A DNA stretch of 64,000 nt from Nitrospinaceae bacterium (GCA_965237905.1 OZ250172.1:1184001-1248000), one strand, 5' to 3'. Counted from the first letter of the stretch, positions 27,894 to 39,557 are shown. Notes: generated by a model not told the origin, from the letters alone. Translations and numbers: made by a program.

Positions 27894-29447
27894 CTATTTG
27901 CGAAACATTTCGAGCATGCGACGCGTCACCGCGAATCCGCCTGCAATATTGATAGCGGTGATCAGCACGGCCAATCCGGCCAACCACATGATAATTTTTT
28001 CACCCGAACCGATCTGAAGCAGTGCGCCGATGATGATGATACTGCTGACCGCGTTGGTCACACTCATGAGCGGCGTGTGCAACGCCGGCGAGACATTCCA
28101 GATCACCATGTAGCCCACAAAGCAAGCCAGCACAAATACGGTGAAGTGCGCCATGAACGATGCCGGGGCGACAGCCCCCAGTCCAAATAAAGCCAGACCT
28201 CCAATACCTAACGTGAGGGCCGGTCCTATCCAGGACGGTTTCTCTTCTGCTACAACTACCGGTTGGACTTCCTCTGCGGGTTTGGGAGGCGCGGCCGACA
28301 ACTTGGGTGCCGGTGGCGGCCAGGTGATTTTGCCACCCGCGACGACGGTGGCGCCGCGAACCACTTCATCCTCAAAGTTCACAACCACCTTGCCCTCTTT
28401 TTCCGGGCACATGTCCGTTAACAGATGGCGCAGATTGGTGCCATACAACTGACTGGATTGCGTCGGCAGGCGGCTGGGCAAATCGGTATAACCGATGATG
28501 GATACGCCATGAACCTGCACCACCTTGCCTGCCTCACTCAACTTGCAGTTGCCGCCCTGTTCCGCGGCGAGATCGACGATCACACTCCCGTCCTTCATCG
28601 ACTTGACCATATCTTCCAGAATCAATTCCGGTGCCGGCTTGCCGGGAATCAAGGCGGTGGTGATGATGATATCCACCTCTTTCGCCTGTTCCGCGAACAG
28701 TGCCATTTCCGCCGCGATAAATTCTTTACTCATCACTTTGGCGTAACCGCCGGTGCCCGAACCCTCTTCTTCAAAGTCGAGCTCCAAAAATTCCGCGTCC
28801 ATACTCTCCACCTGTTCCTTAACTTCGGGTCGGGTGTCGAACGCGCGCACAATGGCGCCCATACTGTTGGCGGCGCCGATCGCCGAAAGACCCGCCACCC
28901 CGGCGCCAATCACCATCACCTTTGCCGGGGGAATTTTGCCCGCGGCGGTAATCTGACCGGTAAAAAACCGGCCGAAGTGCTGTGCGGCTTCAACCACGGC
29001 ACGGTATCCGGCAATGTTGGCCATGGAGCTGAGCGCATCCATTTTTTGCGCGCGGGAAATGCGGGGAATACTGTCCATCGCGAGGGCGGTAACTTTTTTC
29101 TCAGATAATTTTTTCAGCAGGTCCGGATTCTGTGCCGGCCAGAGAAATGTAATGATTATTTGGTTCTCATGGAGCAAATCCACTTCTTCGGATTTCAGGT
29201 CAGGATTAAACTCCGGGGCACGAACTTTTAAGATGATGTCGCTATCGTCCCAAATGGCTTTGGCGTCTACCACAACCGTCACACCCGCTTCGGCATAGGC
29301 GGAATCGGCAAAATTAGCAGCCGTCCCGGCACCGGACTGAATCGCGACTTCAAAACCCAGTTTTTTAATAAGCTGACCAGCAACCTCCGGGGTCGTTGCT
29401 ACTCGTCTTTCACCAGCATGGACTTCTTTTGGAATCCCGATTTTCAT
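27894..29447 (-). CDS. pntA: NAD(P) transhydrogenase subunit alpha
   Basis: [55 protein letters not shown]. Confidence 0.97.
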   Translation of the reverse strand: MKIGIPKEVHAGERRVATTPEVAGQLIKKLGFEVAIQSGAGTAANFADSAYAEAGVTVVVDAKAIWDDSDIILKVRAPEFNPDLKSEEVDLLHENQIIITFLWPAQNPDLLKKLSEKKVTALAMDSIPRISRAQKMDALSSMANIAGYRAVVEAAQHFGRFFTGQITAAGKIPPAKVMVIGAGVAGLSAIGAANSMGAIVRAFDTRPEVKEQVESMDAEFLELDFEEEGSGTGGYAKVMSKEFIAAEMALFAEQAKEVDIIITTALIPGKPAPELILEDMVKSMKDGSVIVDLAAEQGGNCKLSEAGKVVQVHGVSIIGYTDLPSRLPTQSSQLYGTNLRHLLTDMCPEKEGKVVVNFEDEVVRGATVVAGGKITWPPPAPKLSAAPPKPAEEVQPVVVAEEKPSWIGPALTLGIGGLALFGLGAVAPASFMAHFTVFVLACFVGYMVIWNVSPALHTPLMSVTNAVSSIIIIGALLQIGSGEKIIMWLAGLAVLITAINIAGGFAVTRRMLEMFRK

Positions 29448-29874
29448 CTTACTTATCCCTTTTATGGAATCGATTCTTTGGAATGAAAACGAATAATAAC
29501 TAAAACCCGTCACAAGTCAAAAAAAAATTGAGCCGGGCCAAAATAAGCCCTAGAGACTAGCATACAATCGGGTTTATGACCATTTTTCAATGGAAAGTTC
29601 CTTATTCCCCGCCGGAGCACTGAATTGGGACCTCCATCACCTATGGACCAACCCAGCGAAAACCTTGTAAATCATTGGTTTTTCATGATAAATACTACTC
29701 GCGGGGCGTCTTGCCGGACCCGCCGAATTCCCCCAAAATAATTGAAAACAAAGATTTTACGGGTTAGAATAAACTAAAGGAAATAGCGGAAAACATTGGG
29801 GTTCATCGTTTCCCAGAGTTCCGAAAAGGTGATGAAAATATCCATTTCAGATATTTAGCCTCAAAAGTGATTTT

Positions 29875-31230
29875 ATGAGACCAGAAGACCTTAATTTTGA
29901 TATTCAGGAAACTGATTTTCTTGCCGAAGACTTTTCTCAATTCTTCAATATTTTTGAGAAGATCTTTAGATTCTATTTCTTCGCCCGCGATGCGGAAGGG
30001 GCGCTGACCTACATCAGCCCGAAAATCAGCGAGGTTCTGGGCTACAAGCCGGAGGAGTTCAAGAAAAACTGGAAAAAATACCTGAGCGAACATCTGACCA
30101 ACAAGGAAGTGATTCTAAGGTCAGAGTTCCCCCAATACAGCGGCAAACATATCAAGCCCTACAGCGTGGAGATCAAAAGCAAGAGTGGCGAGAAAATCTG
30201 GCTGGACGTTCACGAAGCCCCAATACTGGACCCGGCTGGGAACGTGGTGAAATATCATGGACTGGCCATCGACTACACGGCGCGCAAAAATCAGGAAAAC
30301 CAGCTTCGGACGCGGGAGAAACGGTTCCGGGAAATCAGCCAATCCTCACCCATCGGAATCTTTCATGCCGACCCCAACGACCTGATGACCTACGTCAACC
30401 CGGCCTGGCAGATCATCACCGGGCGTCCCATGGCCGAGACGCTGGGCAATCCCTGGTGGCAACCCATTCATCCTGAAGACAAAGAGAAAGTATTCCGGAC
30501 CTGGGAGATCGCCGCCAAGGAAGAGCGGGAGATCTCCATCGAGTGCCGAATCATACGGCCCGACAAAGAATCGGTCTGGGTGCAGTTGCATTCCCGCTTC
30601 CTGTTCGATGACCACGGCAAAATCACCTTCGGCACCCTGGAAAACATCAGCGGAAGAAAAGCCGCGCAGGAAAAACAGGAACAGTTGATCCAGGAATTGC
30701 TGGACCTCAAAAAGAAGCTGGAAATTTCTGTTCGTACCGATCCCTTAACCGATCTCCCGAACCGCCGGGGATTAGCGGAGAAACTGGAGTACGAAAAAGT
30801 CCGGTTCGATCGTAGCAAGAGTCCTTTTACCATTATCATGGGTGACATTGATCATTTCAAAAATATCAACGATACCTTCGGCCACGATGCAGGAGATCAG
30901 ATTCTGACCGACATCGCCCGGATGCTGAAAGCTAACTCCCGTAAGCAGGATATTGTATCGCGCTGGGGCGGAGAAGAATTTATCATCCTGCTCCCGGAAA
31001 CAGATCTGGGAAACGGAGCGATTCTTGCGGAAAAATTAAGAGACAAAATCGAAAGCGAGGTTTTTGTTTACCAGGGCAAAAAAATCCCCGTCACTCTCAG
31101 CTTCGGTCTGAGTGTGTACAACAAAAAAGGCCTGAACATGGATGATGTCATCAAACAGGCCGACCAATGCCTCTACGAAGCCAAAAACAGCGGACGTAAC
31201 AAAGTCGTGTTCAAAAAAAATCTTCTCTAA
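29875..31230 (+). CDS. PAS-PAS-GGDEF diguanylate cyclase
   Basis: Two PAS-like regions (IHPED), DPLT.LPNRR, DIDHFK.IND.FGH, RKQD I-site, RWGGEEF. Confidence 0.92.
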   Translation: MRPEDLNFDIQETDFLAEDFSQFFNIFEKIFRFYFFARDAEGALTYISPKISEVLGYKPEEFKKNWKKYLSEHLTNKEVILRSEFPQYSGKHIKPYSVEIKSKSGEKIWLDVHEAPILDPAGNVVKYHGLAIDYTARKNQENQLRTREKRFREISQSSPIGIFHADPNDLMTYVNPAWQIITGRPMAETLGNPWWQPIHPEDKEKVFRTWEIAAKEEREISIECRIIRPDKESVWVQLHSRFLFDDHGKITFGTLENISGRKAAQEKQEQLIQELLDLKKKLEISVRTDPLTDLPNRRGLAEKLEYEKVRFDRSKSPFTIIMGDIDHFKNINDTFGHDAGDQILTDIARMLKANSRKQDIVSRWGGEEFIILLPETDLGNGAILAEKLRDKIESEVFVYQGKKIPVTLSFGLSVYNKKGLNMDDVIKQADQCLYEAKNSGRNKVVFKKNLL

Positions 31231-31270
31231 TTAAACCGGCGACTCCAATTCTAAAAAACGTTTCTCGCTT

Positions 31271-32935
31271 TTACTCATCCATGTCGTCGAAGACACCGGA
31301 GGCGAGGCTTTTGCGGGCGGTGCGGGCCTCCTGTTCGGCGCGTGTGATGCCCTGATCGTAATCGTTGTGATCCACATACCTGAGTACCGGTTCCATCTCC
31401 GGATGACGTTGCAGATACAATTTCGTCATGGTCTGGCAAACGCGGCGGTATTTGGGATGCCCCGCCTTCTGCGTACGCAGTTCGGTAAAATGGCCCAACT
31501 CCCTCAGGTTCATCCCCATGTTCCACCGGATAAAATGATTGAACAGGGAGGCGTATTGCGCTTCGGCACGCATTCCGGCGCGTAGTAAATCGTTATACAA
31601 ACTCTCCGCCCGTTCGAAACATTCCTGCGCCACCTCACCTTTGCCGATTTCCTGAATCTCCTCGGGTATCGAATAGCCGAGTAGAACCCCCATGTCCTGT
31701 CTCTGCTGGGTCAACATGCGATGCCTCTGCAGGTCGCGATACTCGGCGAACCCGGCGATGATGTCGAAGTTGATGGGGTACCCGTATTCCAGCGCACGGC
31801 CCGGGCGGTCCCGTTTCGATCGCCGTTCGCCGATGTAGACGGAAAAAATTTCCTGCCGCTTGGCTTCCGGTAATGCGCGGACGATTCCGCGAATCTGTTC
31901 AGTCGGGTGCTGGACGTATGGAAAGATCATCGATGCCAGGAGGTTGATCGAATAATCCTCATCTTTGTCCTCCAGCAGAACCACCTCGGGCGACGATTCA
32001 ATCGCCACCCCTTGCAACAAGTCATCGCACAGAGTCTGCATGGCGCGATCAATCTGAACCCGGTAATCGTTTTTTGTGGCGCGTTTGATGAACGTCGGAA
32101 TCTGCGAGTCGAGCGCTTCCTTGATCTTTCCGGCCAAGTCCTGCGCCTCGCTCAAACCCTGGCTCAGCAGTTTGGATATGAGTCCGGAAAAGAACCGACC
32201 GTTGCCGACCAACCCCATGTTCGCCTGGGTCGCGGCGGGCAGGATGCACCGAATCACGTCGCACGCCGCACTCCGCATAGTGAAGCTGTAAGCGATGCGG
32301 TGCACCCGGCGCTCGTTATCGTCTGCCAGATCATTCAGCCCGGCCTTTTCGGTGCCGCCATTGCGTTCCACTTCGATTTGAAATTGCTCCGCCGGTAATC
32401 TTTTTCGGAACAGCTCCTGCATCGGTTCGACCATAGACGCATAAGTCTCAAAGATAAAATCCATGGTCTGCACATAGGGGTCTTTCAAATCGGATGCCAT
32501 GATGTTGGCGGGACACACATAGCGCCACCGCCCTTCCCTCTGCTGGTCGTAAAGTACGTAGCGGGTGGACTCTTCGATGGGGGATCCACCGATTCGGCAG
32601 TCCTCGATAATTTTTGTCATGAGGTTGGAGGTTTCTTCGATGCACAGGGGGGCGACCGCCAACTCCGCCACCGACTCGTCGCCGAACTTGTTGACAACGC
32701 GGTCGATCATTTCACTGCCCTTGACGTCGTTGGGAGTGCCGTCGGGATTGAGGAATTCGCGTACCACCGTTTCCTTGAATCCGGTCGGAGCCCGGCTGTA
32801 ACGCGCCAGCGCCGCGCCGATCACCTCAGGGTTGAGGTTCTTCAGAGAAAACACTTTCGCCTCCACGTCCGTCAGGTAAGGGACGAGGATGGTCTTCTCG
32901 CGGTCGGTCAGTTCATCGGTTCGTTTGGGTTTCAT
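31271..32935 (-). CDS. thyX: Two-domain flavin-dependent thymidylate synthase (ThyX-like)
   Basis: ARYSR, FGDESVAEL, E.STRY in the first half; RDLQRHR and ELR in the second half. Confidence 0.8.
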   Translation of the reverse strand: MKPKRTDELTDREKTILVPYLTDVEAKVFSLKNLNPEVIGAALARYSRAPTGFKETVVREFLNPDGTPNDVKGSEMIDRVVNKFGDESVAELAVAPLCIEETSNLMTKIIEDCRIGGSPIEESTRYVLYDQQREGRWRYVCPANIMASDLKDPYVQTMDFIFETYASMVEPMQELFRKRLPAEQFQIEVERNGGTEKAGLNDLADDNERRVHRIAYSFTMRSAACDVIRCILPAATQANMGLVGNGRFFSGLISKLLSQGLSEAQDLAGKIKEALDSQIPTFIKRATKNDYRVQIDRAMQTLCDDLLQGVAIESSPEVVLLEDKDEDYSINLLASMIFPYVQHPTEQIRGIVRALPEAKRQEIFSVYIGERRSKRDRPGRALEYGYPINFDIIAGFAEYRDLQRHRMLTQQRQDMGVLLGYSIPEEIQEIGKGEVAQECFERAESLYNDLLRAGMRAEAQYASLFNHFIRWNMGMNLRELGHFTELRTQKAGHPKYRRVCQTMTKLYLQRHPEMEPVLRYVDHNDYDQGITRAEQEARTARKSLASGVFDDMDE

Positions 32936-33836
32936 GGCTGGGATCTTTGGCGCACCGGAAACCGGTGTCGTTGAAACGGACTTCAGGACGGCTCCAGCGG
33001 CGGAATGCGCTGTGCAGGGTGTCCGCGTAATTCACCCACGATCCACCCCGCACCACTTTGAACTTTCCGGACTTCGGCCCTTTCGGATTATCTCGAATTT
33101 TTTCTTTGTAATAATGCCTGTCGTACCAATCGGCTACCCATTCCCAGACGTTTCCAGCCATGTCATGCACTCCATAAACCGAAGCGCCATTGGGATAACT
33201 CCCCACATCGGTCATGGTGGACACGCCCCGCCACTTCCTTTGGTAGGTGGCCTTGCCGGGTGGAGCGCTGTTGCCCCAGGGATATATGTTTCCCAAGGGA
33301 CCGCGTGCGGCCTTTTCCCATTCCGCCTCGGAGGGCAGACGCTTACCGCGCCATTTGCAATAAGCGACGGCGTCGTGCCAATTCACCTGAGTCACCGGCT
33401 GGTTGCGAATTTTTTCAGGAAAACCTTTTCCCTTCCACAAATTGCCTTGGCGGCAAGCCTTTGTTTCGCAGGTATCATCCAGGGCTGGACGGTGCCCGGT
33501 AGCCTTCACAAACTCCAGATACTTCTGGTTGGTGACTTCGTAAATATCGATCCAGTATTTGTCCACATAAACAGTATGCCGGGGCATTTCATCCTTGAAC
33601 CACCAGAGGGTGCAGGCCTTGTCCACCCGGGTACACGTCTTCAGGATCCGGCTCACCTGTTTGAAAGACAATCCCATTTTGAACCGGCCCGATGGAATTT
33701 CCACCATATCCGAAAAACCGCGATTGGAATCGACCGGTGCTTCCGCGGCGTCTGCCTGGATAAAGGACGGTGCTCCCAGAATAAAAAATGAAACCAGGAG
33801 CATCCAAAGAACCATATTCTGGGTACGGCTGACCAT
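32913..33836 (-). CDS. Exported FGE-sulfatase domain protein
   Basis: Signal peptide, RLPSEAEWEKAARG, DMAGNVWEW, RGGSW, GFRC. Start uncertain. Confidence 0.88.
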   Translation of the reverse strand: MVSRTQNMVLWMLLVSFFILGAPSFIQADAAEAPVDSNRGFSDMVEIPSGRFKMGLSFKQVSRILKTCTRVDKACTLWWFKDEMPRHTVYVDKYWIDIYEVTNQKYLEFVKATGHRPALDDTCETKACRQGNLWKGKGFPEKIRNQPVTQVNWHDAVAYCKWRGKRLPSEAEWEKAARGPLGNIYPWGNSAPPGKATYQRKWRGVSTMTDVGSYPNGASVYGVHDMAGNVWEWVADWYDRHYYKEKIRDNPKGPKSGKFKVVRGGSWVNYADTLHSAFRRWSRPEVRFNDTGFRCAKDPSHETQTNR

Positions 33837-33885
33837 CAACAATAATAAAATCTTCCTGCGATGAATGGAGTTATGGGAAAGAAAC

Positions 33886-34431
33886 TTATTCGATGCCGGA
33901 ATCTCCGGAACCTTCTTTAAACCGGGCCATCTCCTTGCCATGAATATAGAACAGACAAAGACCCAGAATCATGTTTACGGTGTAAAGCATTTCAACTCTC
34001 ATATGGTAACGATCAAATTGCAGTTGCAGGCGTGTATCCGCGGGATTGGCTTTTTTTTGTTCATCCATGGTATGCATTTGAGGGCGCAAAATACTGCCGA
34101 TATACAACGCGAGTACCACCATGATGGCCAGAAACACTTCCTTGGTATACTTTCTTTTGGTCACCACGGGCTCCACGTACCCGGCCCATCCCTTGCGTGC
34201 GGCCAGAAACTTGATCACCACCGCCAGAACCATCAACCCTACACACCAGTAAATGATCTGACCATTAAAGAGATCCATGATCCTGCCGACCACCTCACTT
34301 TGCTTGGGTTGTTCAAGATTTCTGCGTAACACGCTTTCGACCAGTATCCCCAGCAAAAACATCCCGCTGACCCAGAGGGACAGCGAAAACAGGTACAGCC
34401 AGTTGGAAAAATAGATGAGACGTTTCATCAT
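33886..34431 (-). CDS. DUF4149-like membrane protein
   Basis: Four TM segments; PQM...F..YH pattern. Confidence 0.7.
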   Translation of the reverse strand: MMKRLIYFSNWLYLFSLSLWVSGMFLLGILVESVLRRNLEQPKQSEVVGRIMDLFNGQIIYWCVGLMVLAVVIKFLAARKGWAGYVEPVVTKRKYTKEVFLAIMVVLALYIGSILRPQMHTMDEQKKANPADTRLQLQFDRYHMRVEMLYTVNMILGLCLFYIHGKEMARFKEGSGDSGIE

Positions 34432-34469
34432 TGAACGGATCTGTTACGACCCGCCTCCCCTCTCAAGAT

Positions 34470-34778
34470 TTACCGGTTTCCGGAAACCCGCTTGCGCAAT
34501 TCCTTGAAACTGTCCTCGATGTCTTTGGCCTGTTGCCTTTTCTGCCGCTCAACCTCCGGCAAATCGCCCCCGAACCAAGTTTTGACCGTCGTTCCCGTCT
34601 TGTACCGGTTGACGGAATTGAGGATGGACAAATAAACGACCCCGTACAAAACGGCGAAGGTATAAAGAGCCCACGGAATGAAGGATCTGAGCCGTTTTTG
34701 TTCCTGAGGCGGCTTACTCTCCCACCAGGCCACAAGGTCACGCCATTTGGATATCAACTTTCGCATACCATTTCCCAC
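34470..34778 (-). CDS. Hypothetical single-TM protein
   Basis: 102-aa ORF with one TM segment, co-oriented with the downstream genes. Confidence 0.6.
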   Translation of the reverse strand: MGNGMRKLISKWRDLVAWWESKPPQEQKRLRSFIPWALYTFAVLYGVVYLSILNSVNRYKTGTTVKTWFGGDLPEVERQKRQQAKDIEDSFKELRKRVSGNR

Positions 34779-34957
34779 ACAGCGGAAACTTTCCGAATCT
34801 TAAAACCAACTATTTGACCCGGCTCCGCTTAACTGGGCCATCATAGCAAAACCCCTATGGGGATACAAGCAAGCGCCACCCGGTAGCGCGGGGTTTGTGA
34901 TATAGTTGCCCCGTTTACCCATTGTTTGAAACAGTTAACTATCGCACGAGGTTTCCC

Positions 34958-36217
34958 TTGATCGAAATTCAACCCGCCTCGGCCATCCGTGCCACCGTGG
35001 CGGCACCGCCCTCTAAAAGCTACACCAACCGTGCCTACATCGTGGCAGCGCTGGCAGACGGCACCGTGCGCCTGGAAAACCCGCTGTTCAGCGACGATAC
35101 CCGTTACATGCGGGAAGCCCTGCTCCAGTTCGGCGTCCCGGTAGTGGAGGAAAAACAAGCCGCGGTGGTTCAGGGCCAGGGCGGAAAACTGAAGGTTCCC
35201 GACCAGGAAGTCTTTATCGGCAACGCCGGGACCACCATGCGGTTTCTGACCACCTTTGCCACTCTCGCTCCGGGATTGACACACCTGACAGGAGACGAGC
35301 GCATGCAGGAAAGACCCATCGAGGACCTGCTGACCTGCCTCCGGCAGATGAATCTGAAAGTCGAGTCCACCAAGGGAAACGGATGCCCCCCTATTGAAAT
35401 TCATGGTGGAAAACTGCAGGGTGGATCGGTCACACTGGCCGGGGATAAGAGCAGTCAATACCTCACTTCCCTGCTCCTTTCGGCGCCCTATTTTCAAAAC
35501 GATACTGTTATCAACATCGAAGGCAAACTGACCTCCAAGTCCTATGTCGACATCACCCTCGACATCATGCAGACCTTCGGGGTGTCTGTACTCAATGAGT
35601 TTTACCGAAAGTTCACCATCCCTGCGAGCCAGCGCTACCGGGCCCGGTCCTACGCCGTGGAAGGTGACGCCTCCAGCGCCTCCTATTTCTTTGCGGCGGC
35701 GGCGGTTACAGGAGGGGAAGTATCAGTCACTAATCTCAACCCGGACAGTGTCCAGGGAGACATCCATTTTCCGGGCGCGCTCGAACAAATGGGTTGCGAA
35801 GTAAAACACTCCGGCGAAAAAATTACGGTTTTTGGAAATCCTTTGCGCGGAATCACCATCCATATGAACGACATGCCGGACGTGGTGCAGACTTTGGCGG
35901 TGGTGGCGTTGTTCGCCGAAGGGAAAACCACGATGACCGGAATCAGTAACCTGAGAATCAAGGAAACCGATCGGATTGCCGCTTTGGCGAACGAACTCAC
36001 CCGGCTGGGTGCCTCTGTCGAAGCGGGGGATGACTTCATCATTATCGAGCCGGGGACACACCAACCCGCCGAGGTGGAAACCTACGACGACCATCGCATG
36101 GCGATGAGTTTCGCGGTGGCCGGCCTCGGCATCCCGGGAGTGAAAATCAAAAATCCCCGGTGCGTCGACAAATCGTTTCCAGATTTCTTCGAACGCTTTC
36201 AGGAACTCTATGGGTGA
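34958..36217 (+). CDS. aroA: 3-phosphoshikimate 1-carboxyvinyltransferase
   Basis: [35 protein letters not shown]. Confidence 0.97.
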   Translation: MIEIQPASAIRATVAAPPSKSYTNRAYIVAALADGTVRLENPLFSDDTRYMREALLQFGVPVVEEKQAAVVQGQGGKLKVPDQEVFIGNAGTTMRFLTTFATLAPGLTHLTGDERMQERPIEDLLTCLRQMNLKVESTKGNGCPPIEIHGGKLQGGSVTLAGDKSSQYLTSLLLSAPYFQNDTVINIEGKLTSKSYVDITLDIMQTFGVSVLNEFYRKFTIPASQRYRARSYAVEGDASSASYFFAAAAVTGGEVSVTNLNPDSVQGDIHFPGALEQMGCEVKHSGEKITVFGNPLRGITIHMNDMPDVVQTLAVVALFAEGKTTMTGISNLRIKETDRIAALANELTRLGASVEAGDDFIIIEPGTHQPAEVETYDDHRMAMSFAVAGLGIPGVKIKNPRCVDKSFPDFFERFQELYG

Positions 36218-38330
36218 CCCAAAATACACCAATCAACTGATTCACGAGAAAAGTCCCTATCTTCTGCAACACGCCCACAATCCCGTGAACTGGCACCCGT
36301 GGGGCGATGAAGCCTTTGCCCTCGCCAAAAAGGAAAACAAACCCGTGCTGGTCAGCATCGGCTACGCCACCTGCCACTGGTGCCATGTCATGGAACGGGA
36401 ATCGTTTGAAGACCCGGAGCTGGCGGAGTTTCTGAACGCCAACTTCTACGCCATCAAAGTCGACCGCGAAGAACGGCCGGACGTCGACGGCATTTACATG
36501 AAAGCCATTCAGGCGCTGGGCCAGCAGGGCGGCTGGCCCCTTAACATATTCGTCACCCCGGACGGCGTTCCCTTTTACGGCGGCACCTATTTCCCGCCTA
36601 TGAAAAAGTTCAATCTGCCGTCTTTTGCCGATGTGCTCCGCTTTCTCGACAATATATGGAAAAACGATCAGGCGAAGATTGCCAAACAGACTGAAGGCCT
36701 GATCACCTATCTCAAAAACTCCGCCATGCAGGAACCGAGTGGCGAATTGGATTCGCTCGGTTTTCACGGCGAGGACAAGGCCCGCCAATTGTACGGCGAT
36801 CAGTACGATACCCTGCACCACGGCTTCCGCTTTCAACCGCAGAACAAGTTTCCCCCGTCGATGGGGCTATCCCAGCTTCTCAGGCACCATCACCGCACTG
36901 GCGACGCACTCAGCCTGGAGATGGCGGAGAATACCTTGAAGGCCATGAAGCATGGCGGCATCTACGATCAAATCGGTGGCGGCCTGGCACGCTACAGCAC
37001 CGATTATCACTGGCTGGTACCGCATTTCGAAAAGATGCTGTACGACAACTCACTGTTCGTCACCGCTCTGATTGAGGCCTACCAGGTCACGGGCAATTCA
37101 GAATATGCGGAATATGCCAACGACCTGCTGGAGTATATCGACCGAGATATGACGCATTCCGATGGCGGGTTTTACAGCGCCGAGGACGCCGACAGCGAAG
37201 GCGTGGAAGGAAAGTTTTATGTATGGTCGCAGGGCGAAATCGAACACCTGCTGGACCGTCAGACTTCCAGCATCGTTATTCCCTTTTACAACGTCACCCA
37301 ACCGGGCAACTGGGAGCACAACAATATTCTGAACGTCACCCGTTCTCCCGAACAACTGGCGCAAGAGCAGGGTCTGGATGTGGCAGTGGTCCGTGAGAAG
37401 ATCGCCAAGGGCGGGAAAATCCTGCTGGAAGCGCGAAGCAAGCGCATCCGCCCCCTGTTGGACGACAAAGTGCTGACCTCGTGGAACGGCCTGATGATCT
37501 CCGCCATGGCACGAACCGGTCGCGTGCTGACCGATGACGACCGCATCGTCACAGCGGAAAAAGCTCTGGCGTTTATCTGGCAACACCTGCACACCGATGA
37601 AGGCAAGCTGTTAAGGCGGTGGCGCGACGGTCAGGCGCGGTACGACGGCTATCTGTTCGATTACACCTCCATCGCCGTGGCCTGTCTGGAACTGTACGAG
37701 GCGACCTACAATCCCGATTATATCGACAAGGCGGCGGAGCTGATGCAGACGGTCGAAGAAAAATTCAAAGCCACGCACGCTTATTACGAAACTGCAAGCG
37801 ACAGCGAAGATTTGATCGTGCGGCAGATTTCCGGTTACGACGGGGTCGAGCCCTCCGGCAACAGCAACGCCGCTCTGGCTTTGCTAAAGTTGTCGGCTTA
37901 CAAACTCGACTTGGACCTGGAGAAACGGGCAGAAAATATTTTTGTGGCGTTTCATGTTGAAATGATGGAATACGGCCTCAACTCGCCGTTCATGATGCAA
38001 ACGTTGCACCTGTACTTGTCCGGGAAAAAAGAAGTGGCCATTGTCGCGCCGCGCGATCACGCATCCGCCGACGACATGCTGAAACTCATCCGCACCGGGT
38101 TCTTCCCGAATGCGGTGTTTGCGTTTGCCTGGGAGGACGCTCCTGAGAAACAACGCATTCCTCTCCTGGCCGACAAAAAGGTGGTGGATGGAAAAGCCAC
38201 GGCTTATGTCTGCGAACACGGCACCTGCCGTGCGCCAGTGACTTCCGCCGGAGAATTGAAGGCCCTGCTGGACGACTACCGCTCCCCTGACGGGGACCGG
38301 GCAAAGCCCGGAGCAAATTTAAAACCTTAG
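36210..38330 (+). CDS. Thioredoxin-domain DUF255 (YyaL/SPATA20-like) protein
   Basis: [44 protein letters not shown]. Confidence 0.93.
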   Translation: MGDPKYTNQLIHEKSPYLLQHAHNPVNWHPWGDEAFALAKKENKPVLVSIGYATCHWCHVMERESFEDPELAEFLNANFYAIKVDREERPDVDGIYMKAIQALGQQGGWPLNIFVTPDGVPFYGGTYFPPMKKFNLPSFADVLRFLDNIWKNDQAKIAKQTEGLITYLKNSAMQEPSGELDSLGFHGEDKARQLYGDQYDTLHHGFRFQPQNKFPPSMGLSQLLRHHHRTGDALSLEMAENTLKAMKHGGIYDQIGGGLARYSTDYHWLVPHFEKMLYDNSLFVTALIEAYQVTGNSEYAEYANDLLEYIDRDMTHSDGGFYSAEDADSEGVEGKFYVWSQGEIEHLLDRQTSSIVIPFYNVTQPGNWEHNNILNVTRSPEQLAQEQGLDVAVVREKIAKGGKILLEARSKRIRPLLDDKVLTSWNGLMISAMARTGRVLTDDDRIVTAEKALAFIWQHLHTDEGKLLRRWRDGQARYDGYLFDYTSIAVACLELYEATYNPDYIDKAAELMQTVEEKFKATHAYYETASDSEDLIVRQISGYDGVEPSGNSNAALALLKLSAYKLDLDLEKRAENIFVAFHVEMMEYGLNSPFMMQTLHLYLSGKKEVAIVAPRDHASADDMLKLIRTGFFPNAVFAFAWEDAPEKQRIPLLADKKVVDGKATAYVCEHGTCRAPVTSAGELKALLDDYRSPDGDRAKPGANLKP

Positions 38331-38390
38331 AACTGCGCCCTACGACCATCGCTTGCCGTTAACCGTCAGCCAGTTCCCTCCCCCGGTAGG
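38327..38390 (-). repeat. Dispersed intergenic repeat, copy B
   Basis: Reverse complement GGGAACTGGCTGACGGTTAACGGCAAGCGATGGTCGTAGGGCGCAGTTCTAA matches copy A (42/46) and the core of copies D/E. Confidence 0.85.
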
Positions 38391-38507
38391 GGGCCGCATT
38401 TGGTTTTGGCTTTCAATTGGGGGGTATGCTAGACTTTTGCATCCCATCAGCGGATGCCCGGTTTTTGCTGATTATCCAATTTTTCACCCACTCTCCAGGT
38501 TTCGAAT

Positions 38508-39509
38508 ATGCGTACAGAATTGATCGAATCGATGATAAATGCAGGGCTTGCCGGCCAAGGCATTTCACGCGAGCAGGCGTTGGAGCTCGGCACCCTGGAC
38601 CATAAAGAACTGGATACCCTGTTCGAGGGCACCAACCGGGTGCGCGACCGGCACATGGGTAATGCGGTTAAAATCTGCTCGATCGTCAACGCCAAGTCCG
38701 GAAAATGCCCGGAGGATTGCGGGTTCTGCGCCCAGTCGTCGAAATTCGAGACCGACTCACCGGAATACGGCTTGATGAAACCCGAGGAAATTCTCGCCGC
38801 CGCGAAGGAAGCCGAAGCCTTCGGCTCCAACGAATTTTCCATCGTCACCTCCGGCACTGCCATGACCGACCGCCAGGAACTGGACACCCTGATCGAAGCC
38901 ATCAAAATGATCAAGGCAGAAACCAAAATCGAAGTGTGCTGTTCATTGGGATTGATGAGCACCGAACATCTGAAAGAACTGAAAGCGGCGGGACTCGACC
39001 GGTTCCACCACAACGTCGAAACCGCGGCCAGTTATTTCGAAAACATCGTCACCACCCATTCGTATCAGGATGAGGTGCAGGCCATCCGAAATGCGAAGGA
39101 AGCAGGACTGCACGTCTGCGTCGGCGGTATCTTCGGGATGGGCGAAACCTACGAGCAGAGGGTCGAGATGGTGTTCGACGTGAAGGATCTGGAAACCGAT
39201 TCCTATCCCATCAATTTCCTGAAACCCCTAAAGGGCACGGCGGCGGAAAACATGGGCTATATTGAATTGTACGAAGCACTCCGCACCATCGCCCTGCACC
39301 GGCTGGTGATGCCCCACATGGACCTGTTCGTATGCGGTGGCCGGGAGGAAGTGTTCGCCGACCAGCAGGAGAAATTATTCGCGGCCGGTGCCAACGGCAT
39401 CCTGGGCGGCAATTACCTGACTACCAAGGGGCAGGATCCCCAACGGGATATTGAAATGATCGAAAACCTCGGCTTGGTTCCGGTTCTGGAATCGGCTTCC
39501 TCCGCCTGA
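38508..39509 (+). CDS. bioB: Biotin synthase
   Basis: NAKSGKCPEDCGFCAQS, HN.ET, GGIFGMGE, PINFL, GNYLTT.G. Confidence 0.95.
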   Translation: MRTELIESMINAGLAGQGISREQALELGTLDHKELDTLFEGTNRVRDRHMGNAVKICSIVNAKSGKCPEDCGFCAQSSKFETDSPEYGLMKPEEILAAAKEAEAFGSNEFSIVTSGTAMTDRQELDTLIEAIKMIKAETKIEVCCSLGLMSTEHLKELKAAGLDRFHHNVETAASYFENIVTTHSYQDEVQAIRNAKEAGLHVCVGGIFGMGETYEQRVEMVFDVKDLETDSYPINFLKPLKGTAAENMGYIELYEALRTIALHRLVMPHMDLFVCGGREEVFADQQEKLFAAGANGILGGNYLTTKGQDPQRDIEMIENLGLVPVLESASSA

Positions 39510-39524
39510 CTCCAACCCGATTCC

Positions 39525-39557
39525 AAAAAAAAACGCCCCCGGGAAAACCCGAGGGCG
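39525..39557 (-). terminator. Intrinsic terminator between convergent bioB and trxA
   Basis: CGCCCTCGGG-tttt-CCCGGGGGCG followed by a T-run on the minus strand. Confidence 0.8.

Noticed and set aside
14775..38390. CRISPR array or integron attC sites as the explanation for the dispersed repeats
   Set aside because: Copies are kilobases apart in both orientations, with no regular spacers, no cas or intI genes, and core genes between them.
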